Source of the DNA: Planctomycetales bacterium
GTDB lineage: Bacteria; 4484-113
DNA: 64,000 bases
Direction: 5' to 3'
NCBI GenBank assembly: GCA_037441675.1
Contig: JBBIRS010000006.1
Coordinates: 55,458-119,457, forward strand
Shown here: piece after piece, positions 9,753 to 20,095 of the stretch
Layout of the letters: every line of letters starts with the position of its first letter
How positions within the stretch are numbered: position 1 is the stretch's first letter
Program-made: the position numbers and the translations under genes
Notes under the pieces: generated by a model
Told to the model about the DNA's origin: nothing
What the model saw: the letters and a program-made list of their open reading frames with translations, nothing else
The model's database searches: none

Positions 9753-12380
9753 TTAGGATACTTCTAAAACACGTACCACACTTTCTAACAAGTGCTCAGA
9801 TGAATAAGGTTTCATCAAAACGGCTGAAAATCCTATCTCCTCAAGCTCAGCGATATCAGCACTATCTGCAAGCCCTGTTGAAGCGATGGCTTTGACGTTC
9901 GGATTGAGCTTCTTTAGCTCTGAAATAACGGTGCGCCCATCCATTATTGGCATAGAAATATCAAGAATAACCAAAGAGATTTCACTTAGGTACTTTCGGT
10001 AAATGGCTAGTGCTTCGGTTCCATTACTCGCAATAATCACCTTAAACCCGTTTGATTCCAACGTGAGCTTGGCAACTTCTGCAATGACCTGTTCATCATC
10101 CGCAACAAGAATGGTTTGTCCTTTACCCTTTGTCTCCTTTGAAGTCCCCATTCTTTCTATACCAAAGTCCCTTATAGTTTCTGTTTCAATTGCAGGAATA
10201 TAAACGTCAAAACGCGAGCCATTTCCAGGCTCACTATAAACGTTAATAAAACCTCCATAGCTTTTCACGATGTTATAAACAGTTGAGAGACCTATCCCAC
10301 TACCCATTTCTTCTCCCTTTGTAGTATAAAATGGCTCAAAAATGTGGTCAATTACCTCGGGCGTCATGCCGGTTCCAGTATCGCTTATTGTAATCAGAAC
10401 ATAGGTGCCGATTCTAGCGTCAATATGAATTCTCACGTAGTTCTCATCAATGAATACGTTTTCACAGCTTATTCTCAACAAGCCACCATTTGGCATAGCG
10501 TCCTTTGAATTTATGCAAATATTTAGTAGGATCTGCCTCAATTGAGTTGGATCGCCCAAAACGCAATTATTGTCCTCCTTTAATTCAACTCGGAGCTTTA
10601 TATTTTTTGGGAAAGTTTGCGAAATAAACTTGGCAGTTTCATTTATTATATCCTTTACATTCACCGTAATCCTTTCCCCTACCACACCCTTCCCAAAAGA
10701 TAAGATACGCTTCACAAGCTCCGCACCATGTTTTGTAGAATTGTCCAACAGCTCAAGAAACCTTTTGGATTTCTCGTCTGTAAGTTTCTCTTTCAAATTG
10801 CCCACGGCGACAAGAATAGGAGTCAGAATATTATTCAGGTCATGGACAATTCCGCTGTCGAGCCTACCAATACTTTCCATTCTCTGCGTTCGCATAATCT
10901 GAGATTCAAGAAGCTTTATCTCTGTTAAATCCCTTTCCACCACTAGTACTGATTCAGCTTTTCCTTCCGCATCTCGAACCAGCACCCAACTACTGCTGAC
11001 GATTCTTTCTTTACCATCTTTAGTTTGGATTCTCAATTCTGTTTCCAGTGATCCCTTCCTTAGAACCTCTTTTATATAGTCCTGATATTTGCTTTCTTCC
11101 TTCAATAGCAAAGACTGAAATTCTTTCCCGATAATATCATCCTTCTTAAAACCATAAAGTTTAGTCGCTCCTTCATTCCAGAAATAAACTCTTCCTTGTA
11201 AATCTCTTACTGAAATAGCGTCGGGAGCTAAATCCAACAATAACGCTTGTTGTCTCAATTGTGCTTCACTCTTCTTTATCTCTTATATATCTTTTTCAAT
11301 ATTTTCAGCCATTTCATTAAAAGCTTTACCCATTAGGGAGAACTGACCATACAATCCTTGCGGGTTAATCCTAGTAGAAAGCTCGCCTTTTGATATCTTC
11401 AAAGTAGCATCCAGAAGCCTAGTTATAGGTTTGACTATCAATAAGTCTCCCATAAACCAAGCGCCCATTAAAGCTAAAGATGTTACTATTAGCAAAACTA
11501 AGAGCTCTAGGTTCATCCTGTCCCTTAATTGAGAAAACGCAATCTCTTCAGGTATGATAAAGATGGCATAAGCCTTCATAGCCCCAGGGCTTGAAATCAA
11601 TTGTGCATACGTGTAAAGATTGAGGACTCCTGCCTCATCCTTTTCAATAATTGTGCCAGTATCAAAGTCTAACTTTTCTTTCATTCTTGATAGCTCTTCA
11701 AACTTATCTCCTGCTTTCTCTTCCGTAAAGGGATAGCGCATCAGTATGCTTCCCCCTTCATCTACGAGTAGAAACTTTGAACCCAATGGCGAACCAGATA
11801 CTCTGATGAAATCTTGAAGCCACTCCAGCGACATTGCGGCGAACAAAACCGCAACAATTTCCCCACTTTCATCCAAAACAGGATAAGCAAAGTTTATCCC
11901 GGGCTTTCCTGTAACTCTACCGATCTGATACTCTCCTACTGAGAAGCCTTTATTTTGTATGACTCGTTTGAAGTAGAGCCTATCTCCAAGGAAAACCTTT
12001 TCCTTGACCGGTAGAGCGCTTGCCAGCAGATATCCATCCCTTCCGATAAGTCCAAAGTTTGCATAAATCAAGTGACTACTTAGGATGTTTCGTAAAAGTC
12101 CATTCACCTCTTCAACGTTCATTTTCTTGATTGGCTCTGAAAGTGCTAATGATTGAAGAATGATCATTGTTTGATTAACCAGCATTTTCTCTCTTAAAAC
12201 CAAAAGCTTTACCAGGGCAAGGAACTTTGCTTTCGTTTCTTCAATTTCTCTTAGCCTGTCTTGTTGTGTTTGTTTAATAGTGATAACTCCGAGGGGTAAA
12301 GTGCTGACGAGAATAAGCAAAACCAGCGCTAACCTAACCCCAACATTCTGGGATGATGTCCTGAAAGTTTTTTCGCTCAT
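9753..12380 (-). pseudogene. hybrid sensor kinase (TM-dCache-TM-HAMP-PAS-HisKA-HATPase-REC) split by one nonsense codon
   Basis: ORFs 11283..12380 and 9753..11258 are in the same frame (EKDI*EIKKSEAQLRQQ; TAA at 11283-11285); HDLNN H-box, FEPFYTTK, C-terminal receiver; H-box flank altered (GRLDSGIVHD). Confidence 0.85.
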
Positions 12381-12826
12381 TCCTCTTTCCTTATGAAACT
12401 AATCATTTTACATCACCGTTATTCGCTACTCTAATTCAAGGATACCACTTTACTCTGTATAAAACATCTTTGAGTGACTTTCTAAAGATATACATAAGTT
12501 CAATTTCCAAAGCGAAAATTGACATTACATCAATATACAAACCTTTCAGATGAAATATCATTAAAACACAACACACTTTCACCCCCTTTATTTTAATAGT
12601 ATAATAATGTCAATATTTGCAGTCTAATTATACCATAGAATGTCAACTAATACAAAATTAGCATTAAAATTAAATATATGTAATTATGCTTTTCTGTAAC
12701 GCAAAGCAAAGGTCTAAACTCATTGGATAAATCATTACCCTATCAATTCTTCAACGATTAGTATTTTTGGGAATGCCATTTGATTTGGTTACGAAGATAG
12801 GAAGGACATAATCTAAGAGATTGAAC

Positions 12827-12855
12827 TTGCAAAAATAGTTGCAAGAAGATATAAT
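12827..12855 (+). promoter_or_regulatory. sigma70-type promoter of the ileS leader
   Basis: TTGCAA (12827-32), 17-nt spacer, TATAAT (12850-55). Confidence 0.75.
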
Positions 12856-12879
12856 TTTTACGTGAGGAGCTAGTGAAAG

Positions 12880-12951
12880 ATGTTGGTATGGAACGACGTT
12901 AAGGAGAGAAGAATTTCGCGATTTTCTATTATTATGACCAGGGCGGGATAG
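12880..12951 (+). CDS. putative ileS leader peptide MLVWNDVKERRISRFSIIMTRAG
   Basis: GAGGAG RBS, ATG 12880, Ile codons ATT (12913) and ATT-ATT (12928-33), TAG 12949-51 overlapping the attenuator stems. Confidence 0.65.
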   Translation: MLVWNDVKERRISRFSIIMTRAG

Positions 12952-13003
12952 AGGAACGTGCGTTTTCTATCCCTAGCCCTTCTCGGAAGAGGAGGGCTTT
13001 TTT
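12940..13003 (+). terminator. attenuator: terminator with overlapping antiterminator
   Basis: Terminator GCCCTTCTC-GGAA-GAGGAGGGC-TTTTTT (12976-13003); alternative stem AGGGC-GGGATAGA...TCTATCCC-TA-GCCCT sequesters its 5' arm. Confidence 0.8.
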
Positions 13004-13055
13004 ATTTCAGAATAATGGAATATTTTGGCTTTATCTTGTTTGATAAGGATGCGAA

Positions 13056-16000
13056 ATGGGCAGATTTGAAAAGGTTGACACTAGTTACAACTTTCCGGAG
13101 TTAGAGAACAAAATCCTAAATTTTTGGGAGAAGGAGCGGATTTTCCAAAAGAGCCTTGAAAAACCCTCACTAATGGGAGAATTTGTATTTTACGAGGGCC
13201 CGCCCACTTTGAATGCGCTCCCGCATCCTGGACATGTCCTGACCAGAGTGATAAAGGACATAATTCCACGCTATCGCACAATGAAAGGCTATCATGTATC
13301 TCGCAAAGCCGGATGGGACACACATGGCTTGCCTGTGGAGATTGAGGTAGAAAAAGAGCTCAATTTCAGCTCTAAACAACAAATTGAATCCTACGGAATT
13401 AAGAATTTCAATGAGAAGTGTTTACAAAGTGTTCGTAAGTACGAAGGCGAATGGGTTAATATAAGCAATCGTGTAGGCTTCTGGCTTGATTATACAGATG
13501 CGTATTACACTTACACTAACGAATACATCGAATCTATTTGGTGGCTCTTGCGTGAGCTGTGGAATAAGGGGCTAATTTACGAGGATTACAAAATAGTTCC
13601 CTATTGTTTTAGATGTGGAACGCCGTTATCTTCTCATGAGGTTGCCCAGAATTACCGCGAAGTGTCTGACCCAAGTGTTTATGTCAAGTTCAAAATCACC
13701 ACTGATCTGACCAAATTTCATTCTGACTTGCGAATAGGTAATGTTTACTTTTTGGTATGGACGACAACTCCCTGGACTTTAATCTCTAATGTTGCACTTG
13801 CGGTGAATCCGAATGCGGAATACGTGGCAGTTTATCACTCAGGTGATTATCTCATTCTTGCTAGAGATTTGATTGACTCTGTCGGATTATCCGAAGAGCC
13901 ATTTGTCGCAAGTTTCTCAGGTTCAGATTTAAGGGGAGTAAAATTTGAGCCTCTCTATGGGTTCTTTGAAGTTGATAGAGAAGGTTGGTATGTGGTAACT
14001 GAAGAGTTTGTTAGTTTAACTGAGGGAACAGGTATCGTCCACATAGCGCCAGCTTTTGGTGAGGAGGATTACGAGGTTGGCAAGAAAAACAACCTTCCCT
14101 TCATTCAGGCAGTTGACGATAAAGGTGCTTTCAAGGAGGAAGTGAAGCCTTGGGCTGGTATGAATGTTAAAGACGCTGACCCACACATCATTTCTGAGTT
14201 GAAGGCTAGACAGCTTATGTATCACGCCACCACATACACCCACGAGTACCCATTTTGCTGGCGTTGTGAATCGCCACTTCTTTATTACGCTTTTATTTCC
14301 TGGTTTATAGCTGTAACAAAGGTGAAGGAGAGGTTGTTGGAGCTGAATCAACAGATTAACTGGATACCCAACCATATCCGTGATGGCAGATTTGGGCAAT
14401 GGCTTGAGAGTGTTGTTGATTGGGCGCTTTCTAGGAACCGTTATTGGGGGACGCCACTTCCAATTTGGAACTGCGAAAGTTGTGGACACAAGATAATGAT
14501 TGGCTCCTATGATGAGCTTGGAAGGCTTGCCAATCTTCAGGTGGAAGACTATTACAACCGTGAAAGGTTTGACCCACATCGGCCATTTATTGATGAGATT
14601 AAGATAAGTTGCGAAAAGTGCAACGGCGTGATGAGCAGAGTTCCCCATGTCATTGATTGCTGGTTTGATTCAGGCGCGATGCCCTTTGCGCGTTATCACT
14701 ATCCATTTGAGAATAGGGAGCTTATTGATGATGGCAAGCAATTTCCGGCTGATTTTATATCAGAGGCAATTGACCAGACGCGTGGTTGGTTCTACACGCT
14801 TCATGCCATTTCCGTTATGATCAAGGATAGTCCAGCTTATAAGAACTGCTTAGTTCTTGGGCATATCCAAGATGAGCGAGGCCGGAAGATGAGCAAGAGC
14901 CTTGGAAACGTTGTTGACCCGTGGACGGTTATTAATAGGCAAGGCGCGGATGCGTTTAGGTGGTACTTCTACAGCAATACACAGCCTTGGGTTCCAAGCA
15001 GATTTAGCGAGCGAGCGGTTGTCAAAAGTTTGCAGGGATTTCTCATCCCCCTTTGGAACGTGTATTCCTTCTTTGTTATTTACGCCAACATTGATAATTT
15101 TGACCCAACTAGTGAGGCAAGTCCATGGCAAAGCAGAAGTGAGCTGGATAGGTGGATTTTAGTTAAGCTAAACCAGCTTGCTGACAAGCTAAACAATTAC
15201 CTTGAGAATTATCAAATAACGGAAGGTGCAAGAGAATTGGAAACATTCTTGGATAGCTTGAGCAACTGGTACGTTAGAAGAAGTCGGCGTAAGTTTTGGA
15301 AAAGCGAGATGGATAAAGAGAAGTGGGACGCCTATCATACTCTTTACGAAGTTCTTACGACACTCGCAAAGCTCATTGCGCCATTTACACCGTTTATTGC
15401 GGAAGAGTTGTATCAAAAGCTTGTTCGCAGGTTTTATATGGATGTACCCATTTCAGTTCATTTAGTTGATTATCCAACTCCAAAGGAAGAAGTTAAAGAT
15501 GACGAGCTTGTGAGAGAGATGGATACTGCTCTAAGAGTAGTTAAGCTTGGACATGCTGCGCGTAATCTCTCCAAGATAAAGGTCCGTCAACCCCTATCAT
15601 CCGCAACCATTATTTGCGATCGGGAGGAGATTAAGCAGGCTATTGAGATCCACAAACTGACAATTTGTGAAGAGCTCAACATAAAGGAACTTATTTTTGC
15701 GGAGGATGAAGAGGACTATGTAAATTACTTGGTGAAGTTGAACTATGCCCTTATTGGCCCGAGATTGGGGAATTTAACCCCAAAGGTCGCGAGCGCAATC
15801 TCTGCCATTAATCCTAAAGATATAGTGAGTGAGCTTGAGGAAAAGGGAACGGTTAGTCTTACAATTGAGGATAAGCAGATTGAATTAGCTAGCACGGAAC
15901 TTGAGGTTCGGCTAATTGAGAAGCAGGATACTATTGCCCAAAGAGACGGAAACCTTCTACTCATACTCAACACTGAAATTTCCCCAGAGCTCAAGGAGGA

Positions 16001-16262
16001 AGGCTTGACACGGGAGTTCATCAGCAGGGTCCAAAACCTTAGAAAAGAGCTAAATCTTAATTACGAAGATAGAATTGAGCTTTTCTTTAAGACTGAGGAA
16101 CCTGTGAAAAGCGCGATACTGAAGCACATGGACTTAATCTGTTCAGAGACCCTTGCGGTGAAATTTATTGAAGATACAAAGCTCTCTGAGGAGACTGAAG
16201 GTGCGCATACAACAGACGTTGAGAATGTGAAGACGGTGCTAAGAGTTGCTCCGGTGAGGTAA
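13056..16262 (+). CDS. ileS: isoleucine--tRNA ligase, type 2 (archaeal/eukaryote-like)
   Basis: FYEGPP...HPGH, GWDTHGLP, WTTTPWT, DQTRGWF, KMSKS; long C-terminal extension and no C-terminal zinc finger. Confidence 0.97.
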   Translation: MGRFEKVDTSYNFPELENKILNFWEKERIFQKSLEKPSLMGEFVFYEGPPTLNALPHPGHVLTRVIKDIIPRYRTMKGYHVSRKAGWDTHGLPVEIEVEKELNFSSKQQIESYGIKNFNEKCLQSVRKYEGEWVNISNRVGFWLDYTDAYYTYTNEYIESIWWLLRELWNKGLIYEDYKIVPYCFRCGTPLSSHEVAQNYREVSDPSVYVKFKITTDLTKFHSDLRIGNVYFLVWTTTPWTLISNVALAVNPNAEYVAVYHSGDYLILARDLIDSVGLSEEPFVASFSGSDLRGVKFEPLYGFFEVDREGWYVVTEEFVSLTEGTGIVHIAPAFGEEDYEVGKKNNLPFIQAVDDKGAFKEEVKPWAGMNVKDADPHIISELKARQLMYHATTYTHEYPFCWRCESPLLYYAFISWFIAVTKVKERLLELNQQINWIPNHIRDGRFGQWLESVVDWALSRNRYWGTPLPIWNCESCGHKIMIGSYDELGRLANLQVEDYYNRERFDPHRPFIDEIKISCEKCNGVMSRVPHVIDCWFDSGAMPFARYHYPFENRELIDDGKQFPADFISEAIDQTRGWFYTLHAISVMIKDSPAYKNCLVLGHIQDERGRKMSKSLGNVVDPWTVINRQGADAFRWYFYSNTQPWVPSRFSERAVVKSLQGFLIPLWNVYSFFVIYANIDNFDPTSEASPWQSRSELDRWILVKLNQLADKLNNYLENYQITEGARELETFLDSLSNWYVRRSRRKFWKSEMDKEKWDAYHTLYEVLTTLAKLIAPFTPFIAEELYQKLVRRFYMDVPISVHLVDYPTPKEEVKDDELVREMDTALRVVKLGHAARNLSKIKVRQPLSSATIICDREEIKQAIEIHKLTICEELNIKELIFAEDEEDYVNYLVKLNYALIGPRLGNLTPKVASAISAINPKDIVSELEEKGTVSLTIEDKQIELASTELEVRLIEKQDTIAQRDGNLLLILNTEISPELKEEGLTREFISRVQNLRKELNLNYEDRIELFFKTEEPVKSAILKHMDLICSETLAVKFIEDTKLSEETEGAHTTDVENVKTVLRVAPVR

Positions 16263-16484
16263 GTTTGTAGGAAAATAATTCGTTTTTCGCTAGAGATTAC
16301 TGTTGGCTTTTATTGGGTTATTGTTGGATTTCCAATTTAGACCTTCCGTGAAGAGCGTTACTCTTCCCTCTACTCCGCCCTAATTTTTTGCGGTAAAAAT
16401 GGTAAATAAGGAGACAACTTCCCGGTAAGAGATCTCTTAACCTAAGAACAGCTGTCTTCATTTGAGGAATAATGAGACTCGATG

Positions 16485-17312
16485 TTACAGATATCTCGCG
16501 GAGATGGCTTGAACCATTTTTGCATTAAGTTTATGACCACTCATCACACCTAGGAAATGAGCTTTTACGCCTTTGCCTAAAATGTACAAATCTCCTAGAA
16601 TATCAAGCACCTTGTGCCTGGCAAATTCATCCGGTAGCCTAAGCTGAGGTATATCCCCTGCTCTTATAACTACGCCCATCGATTCATCTGTCCCAGTGAT
16701 AATCTGCTGCTCAAGTAGTTTTCTAGCTTCCTCCTCTGGGATGAATGTTCTCGCGGGCAGAATTTCAGTCAGCGCCTTTTCCCTGTCTCCATCAAAAGTA
16801 GTGAACTGAGTTTCTACATTGGGATATTCGGGGTATTTCAGGATGTAACTGACGCGAAAGGATTCAGCGGGACTAGCAATTAGGCACTTATCCTCATTTT
16901 CCTTAACTACAATTGGCGAACGCAGCGAGATCTCCGTAACTGGAGCTTGCTGTTCAACCAGACCTGCGGACTGAAGATACTCAACGTAAGGCATGGCGCT
17001 TCCATCAAATGTTGGCAACTCCGGCGAATCAATCCTAACCTCAAGATTAGAGATGCCAAGAGCCCAACATGCGGACATTAGATGCTCAACCACGATAACT
17101 TTTACGTCGTTTTTTTCTAGTGTGGTGCAGTTTGGTGAATACCTTAGATTTTGTGGTTCAGCGCAAATAGCACAATCATTTTCAACGTCTGTTCTTCTGA
17201 AGATGATACCTGTATTTTCTTCTCGTGGAATAAGGGTAACACTTGTCATCCTATCCAGCATGAAGCCTTTGCCGGAAAAGGATACTTCATTCTTTATGGT
17301 TTTCTGCAACAT
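16485..17312 (-). CDS. lpxC: UDP-3-O-acyl-N-acetylglucosamine deacetylase
   Basis: QKTIK..VSFSGKG, VEHLMSA, ELPTFDGSA, ARTF, RHKVLDILGDL, SGHKLN. Confidence 0.93.
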   Translation of the reverse strand: MLQKTIKNEVSFSGKGFMLDRMTSVTLIPREENTGIIFRRTDVENDCAICAEPQNLRYSPNCTTLEKNDVKVIVVEHLMSACWALGISNLEVRIDSPELPTFDGSAMPYVEYLQSAGLVEQQAPVTEISLRSPIVVKENEDKCLIASPAESFRVSYILKYPEYPNVETQFTTFDGDREKALTEILPARTFIPEEEARKLLEQQIITGTDESMGVVIRAGDIPQLRLPDEFARHKVLDILGDLYILGKGVKAHFLGVMSGHKLNAKMVQAISARYL

Positions 17313-17513
17313 TTTAAGCTCACCAAGATAAACTAAATGAAACTCTCAATGTAATATATAGGTGTGAAAAGCTCTAGCAAAAATCACTAATATTTTATTC
17401 TATTAAAGTAATGAACAATTATTCGGTCATTCACCCTAAATTATTGAAAGAAAATGTAGGATAGTATATACTCTTATTAGAAATAACAGCAAAATGCAAG
17501 GGAGGATTAAGAG

Positions 17514-18167
17514 TTGGAACTGAGAGTTAAGGCTAATGGCTTTGACTTATCAGAAAGATTGAAATTATACGCTGAATCAAAGGTTTCCCGTTTGGAACGA
17601 TTCTTTAACCACATTCTCTATGCTGATGTTGAGTTCACGGAGGAAGCGCGCGGTAAGAAGGGTAACAGTAAGAAAGTTGAGGTAACACTAAAGGCCGCTG
17701 GACGCACGGTGCGAGCGGAAGTTATGGAAAGCTCCTTTTATACCGGTGTGGACGTTGCGGTGGATAAGCTTGAACGGCAGTTAAAGAAGTATAAGACCAA
17801 GCTAGAAGCGCAAAGGCGTTCGCAACGCAAAAGGCGTGAAACTTTAGAGGTGACTTATCAATCTTTAGACACCATTGAAAAAGGTGCTAGTGTTTCAGAA
17901 TCTGTTTTGCAGGAGGCAAGGAAGTCGGACGGTGAAGAAGAATTTCAGGCTTCAACAGCGGGAGTTCTTCCAGAAGAAGGAACTTTTAGAATCGTTCGGA
18001 GAAAGACTTTTAGCACGAAGCCAATGACTTGGGAGGAAGCCGCGCTTCAACTGGAGCTTTCTGGTCATCCATTCTTCCTTTTTGTTAATGCTGAAACATC
18101 TCAGGTTAACGCACTTTTTAAGCGAGAAGCCGGAGGATATGGGCTTTTGGAGCCCAAGGATGATTAG
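17514..18167 (+). CDS. hpf: long-form ribosome hibernation promoting factor
   Basis: S30AE N-domain (AVDKLERQLKKYK) plus C-domain (KPMTWEEAALQLELSGHPFFLF...GGYGLLEP). Confidence 0.92.
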   Translation: MELRVKANGFDLSERLKLYAESKVSRLERFFNHILYADVEFTEEARGKKGNSKKVEVTLKAAGRTVRAEVMESSFYTGVDVAVDKLERQLKKYKTKLEAQRRSQRKRRETLEVTYQSLDTIEKGASVSESVLQEARKSDGEEEFQASTAGVLPEEGTFRIVRRKTFSTKPMTWEEAALQLELSGHPFFLFVNAETSQVNALFKREAGGYGLLEPKDD

Positions 18168-18463
18168 GAATGATTAGATAATAGAAAAGCGCAAAGTGGT
18201 TGTTTACCTCCCTTTCAATCATTCTTGCTCTCGCAGAATAAAAGACTGCTCAGACTTTTACCACCCAAATTTAGTTTTTGCTCTTCTATTTTCATATTAA
18301 TACTTGATACTTCTGCATCTGAAAATCCTTGATTAAATACTTACCATTTTCTCTAGAACTGACTACTGAAACTCTCTGCGGGCATCCTCTAAAACCCGCA
18401 TCTTATCTTAATGCAAGTGAAATAGGCGAATCGCAACTAAGATTTGAAAAGCGGCAAGAAAAA

Positions 18464-19420
18464 TTAAGCTCCGCGTTTCCACCAAAGGAAGTTATCATTC
18501 CCATAGGGTTTTGCAGAAGCGGAGAATAGTACTTTTTCTGAGGCGCTCATTGGCCTAAATGATAGAGCGTAAGAGTAATTCTCCTTGACATGCTCAGGCG
18601 TTCCCATGCCAATTATGGCGGTGTCTACTGGTTGGCTAAGAGAAAAGTGGAGCATCTTTTCCAGAGATAGCTTGTTAACAAGTTTGCCCTCCCCAAAAAC
18701 TTTCATAGCAATTATGCCCACACCCTGTTTTTTTGCGGAAGGCATAAATTTGCCAGCAAAATCGCCAATGAATTGGTCTGCGACACCGCATGCGACAAGA
18801 GCGGTTGTAAATGGATACCTTCTAAGAGCTTCTAAGAGGACTGATGGTCTTGTATGGCCTGTGATGCCTATATTTCTTACTAAGCCAGCATTCTTGGCTT
18901 CCATACAAGCACGAAAACTTCCATTTTCGCTCATTACTTGATTCAGTGTTTCCATATCATTAATGGCATGCAGTTGAATGCAATCAAGGGGCTTTTTTAG
19001 ATTGAGACGTTTAAGACTCTGAGTAATTTCGACCTTCGATTCTGAATAAGTGCGCCTAAGCGTCTTAGTGGTTACCCAGATTTTACTTTGATCCTCACCA
19101 TTTAATCCTAATCCTAGCCTTCTTTCGCTTTCGCCGTCACCGTACTGGCTTGCGGTATCAAAATAGTTTACTCCCAGCTCAAGGCATGTTTTCACGGTTG
19201 CAATTGCGGTTCTTTCGTCATTCTTTGGGAGGATAGTTCCACCTAATCCTAGAATTGTCGCTTGAAAGCCTGACTTTCCAAGTGGGCGTTTTTCAAGGAC
19301 TTTTCTCTCTTGCGCAAATATTGCTTTAGGAAATGATGAAATGATTCCGCTCGCGGATATTACACCCTTTGCTAAAAGTTCTATAAATTTCCGCCTAGAT
19401 GTTTTTCCTTGTTCTTCCAA
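18464..19420 (-). CDS. aldo/keto reductase with Tat-like signal peptide
   Basis: SRRKFI motif and IFA cleavage-like site; LGLGG, GVNYFDTASQYG..ESE, TTK, SLKRL, QLH, IGITGH. Confidence 0.88.
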   Translation of the reverse strand: MEEQGKTSRRKFIELLAKGVISASGIISSFPKAIFAQERKVLEKRPLGKSGFQATILGLGGTILPKNDERTAIATVKTCLELGVNYFDTASQYGDGESERRLGLGLNGEDQSKIWVTTKTLRRTYSESKVEITQSLKRLNLKKPLDCIQLHAINDMETLNQVMSENGSFRACMEAKNAGLVRNIGITGHTRPSVLLEALRRYPFTTALVACGVADQFIGDFAGKFMPSAKKQGVGIIAMKVFGEGKLVNKLSLEKMLHFSLSQPVDTAIIGMGTPEHVKENYSYALSFRPMSASEKVLFSASAKPYGNDNFLWWKRGA

Positions 19421-19567
19421 TTGATTAATATTATAGGATGAATTTTATTTCTAGTAATTTTGGTAGAAAAGTATTTGCGGATATTTGCCTTGTGGCAAAA
19501 GAAGATAATAACATCCTAAAATGCGGAATGTGGCAATGAGAAGTTATGAAAATGATTCAGTAAATTT

Positions 19568-19610
19568 TGTGATATAGGTCACATAAATTTTAATTATTGC
19601 TAGGTATAAT
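19568..19610 (+). promoter_or_regulatory. CRP/FNR- or Rex-type box plus -10 element upstream of the kor operon
   Basis: TGTGA-TATAGG-TCACA (19568-83), TATAAT (19605-10). Confidence 0.6.
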
Positions 19611-19681
19611 AATAGAAATTCGTAAGTAAGGAGTATTTTTACGGATACGGAGATTGAAATTGATCTCTTCTGCACAAACAA

Positions 19682-19703
19682 TTCTGGGAGTATTCTCCCA
19701 GAA
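19682..19703. other. perfect 9-bp inverted repeat in the kor 5' leader
   Basis: TTCTGGGAG-TATT-CTCCCAGAA. Confidence 0.5.
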
Positions 19704-19740
19704 AGGGACTTCTTTCGTTTTATTCTAGAGGTGTTTAATC

Positions 19741-20082
19741 GTGGCTGAACATCTTGAACATAAAGAAGAGGGCATTAAAGAGTTTCCAGTTCCCGTTGAC
19801 AATAACTCTCTTTACATTAACTACCATTGGTGCAAGGGTTGTTCAATTTGCGTTGAGTTTTGTCCAAAAGATGTATTTGATTATTCAGTTATAGGACAAC
19901 CAGTTGTAACTCGTCCCGAGAGCTGCAACCTATGTATGATTTGTGTGCATAGATGCCCCGATTTCTCCATTGCAGTTGGAGCCTCAGGGCAAATTTTGCC
20001 TGAGCGAAAGAAAACGCCTGTGCTAAATCATGTTGATAAAGGCGGAAAAAAGGAAGAGTGGGTGAGGTATCCCTGGTGGTAA
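19741..20082 (+). CDS. korD: 2-oxoacid:ferredoxin oxidoreductase delta subunit (2[4Fe-4S] ferredoxin)
   Basis: CKGCSICVEFCP and CNLCMICVHRCP; precedes the alpha subunit. Confidence 0.85.
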   Translation: MAEHLEHKEEGIKEFPVPVDNNSLYINYHWCKGCSICVEFCPKDVFDYSVIGQPVVTRPESCNLCMICVHRCPDFSIAVGASGQILPERKKTPVLNHVDKGGKKEEWVRYPWW

Positions 20083-20095
20083 ACGGGAAAAGGTT

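Noticed and set aside
12860..13010. T-box riboswitch upstream of ileS
   Set aside because: No TGGNACC T-box bulge or recognisable stem I, and the leader is short. A uORF attenuator fits better.
14016..14648. Long antisense or overlapping ORFs within ileS, uvrA, korA, the PKD genes and others
   Set aside because: They are fully nested in well-supported genes and have no motifs; typical shadow frames.
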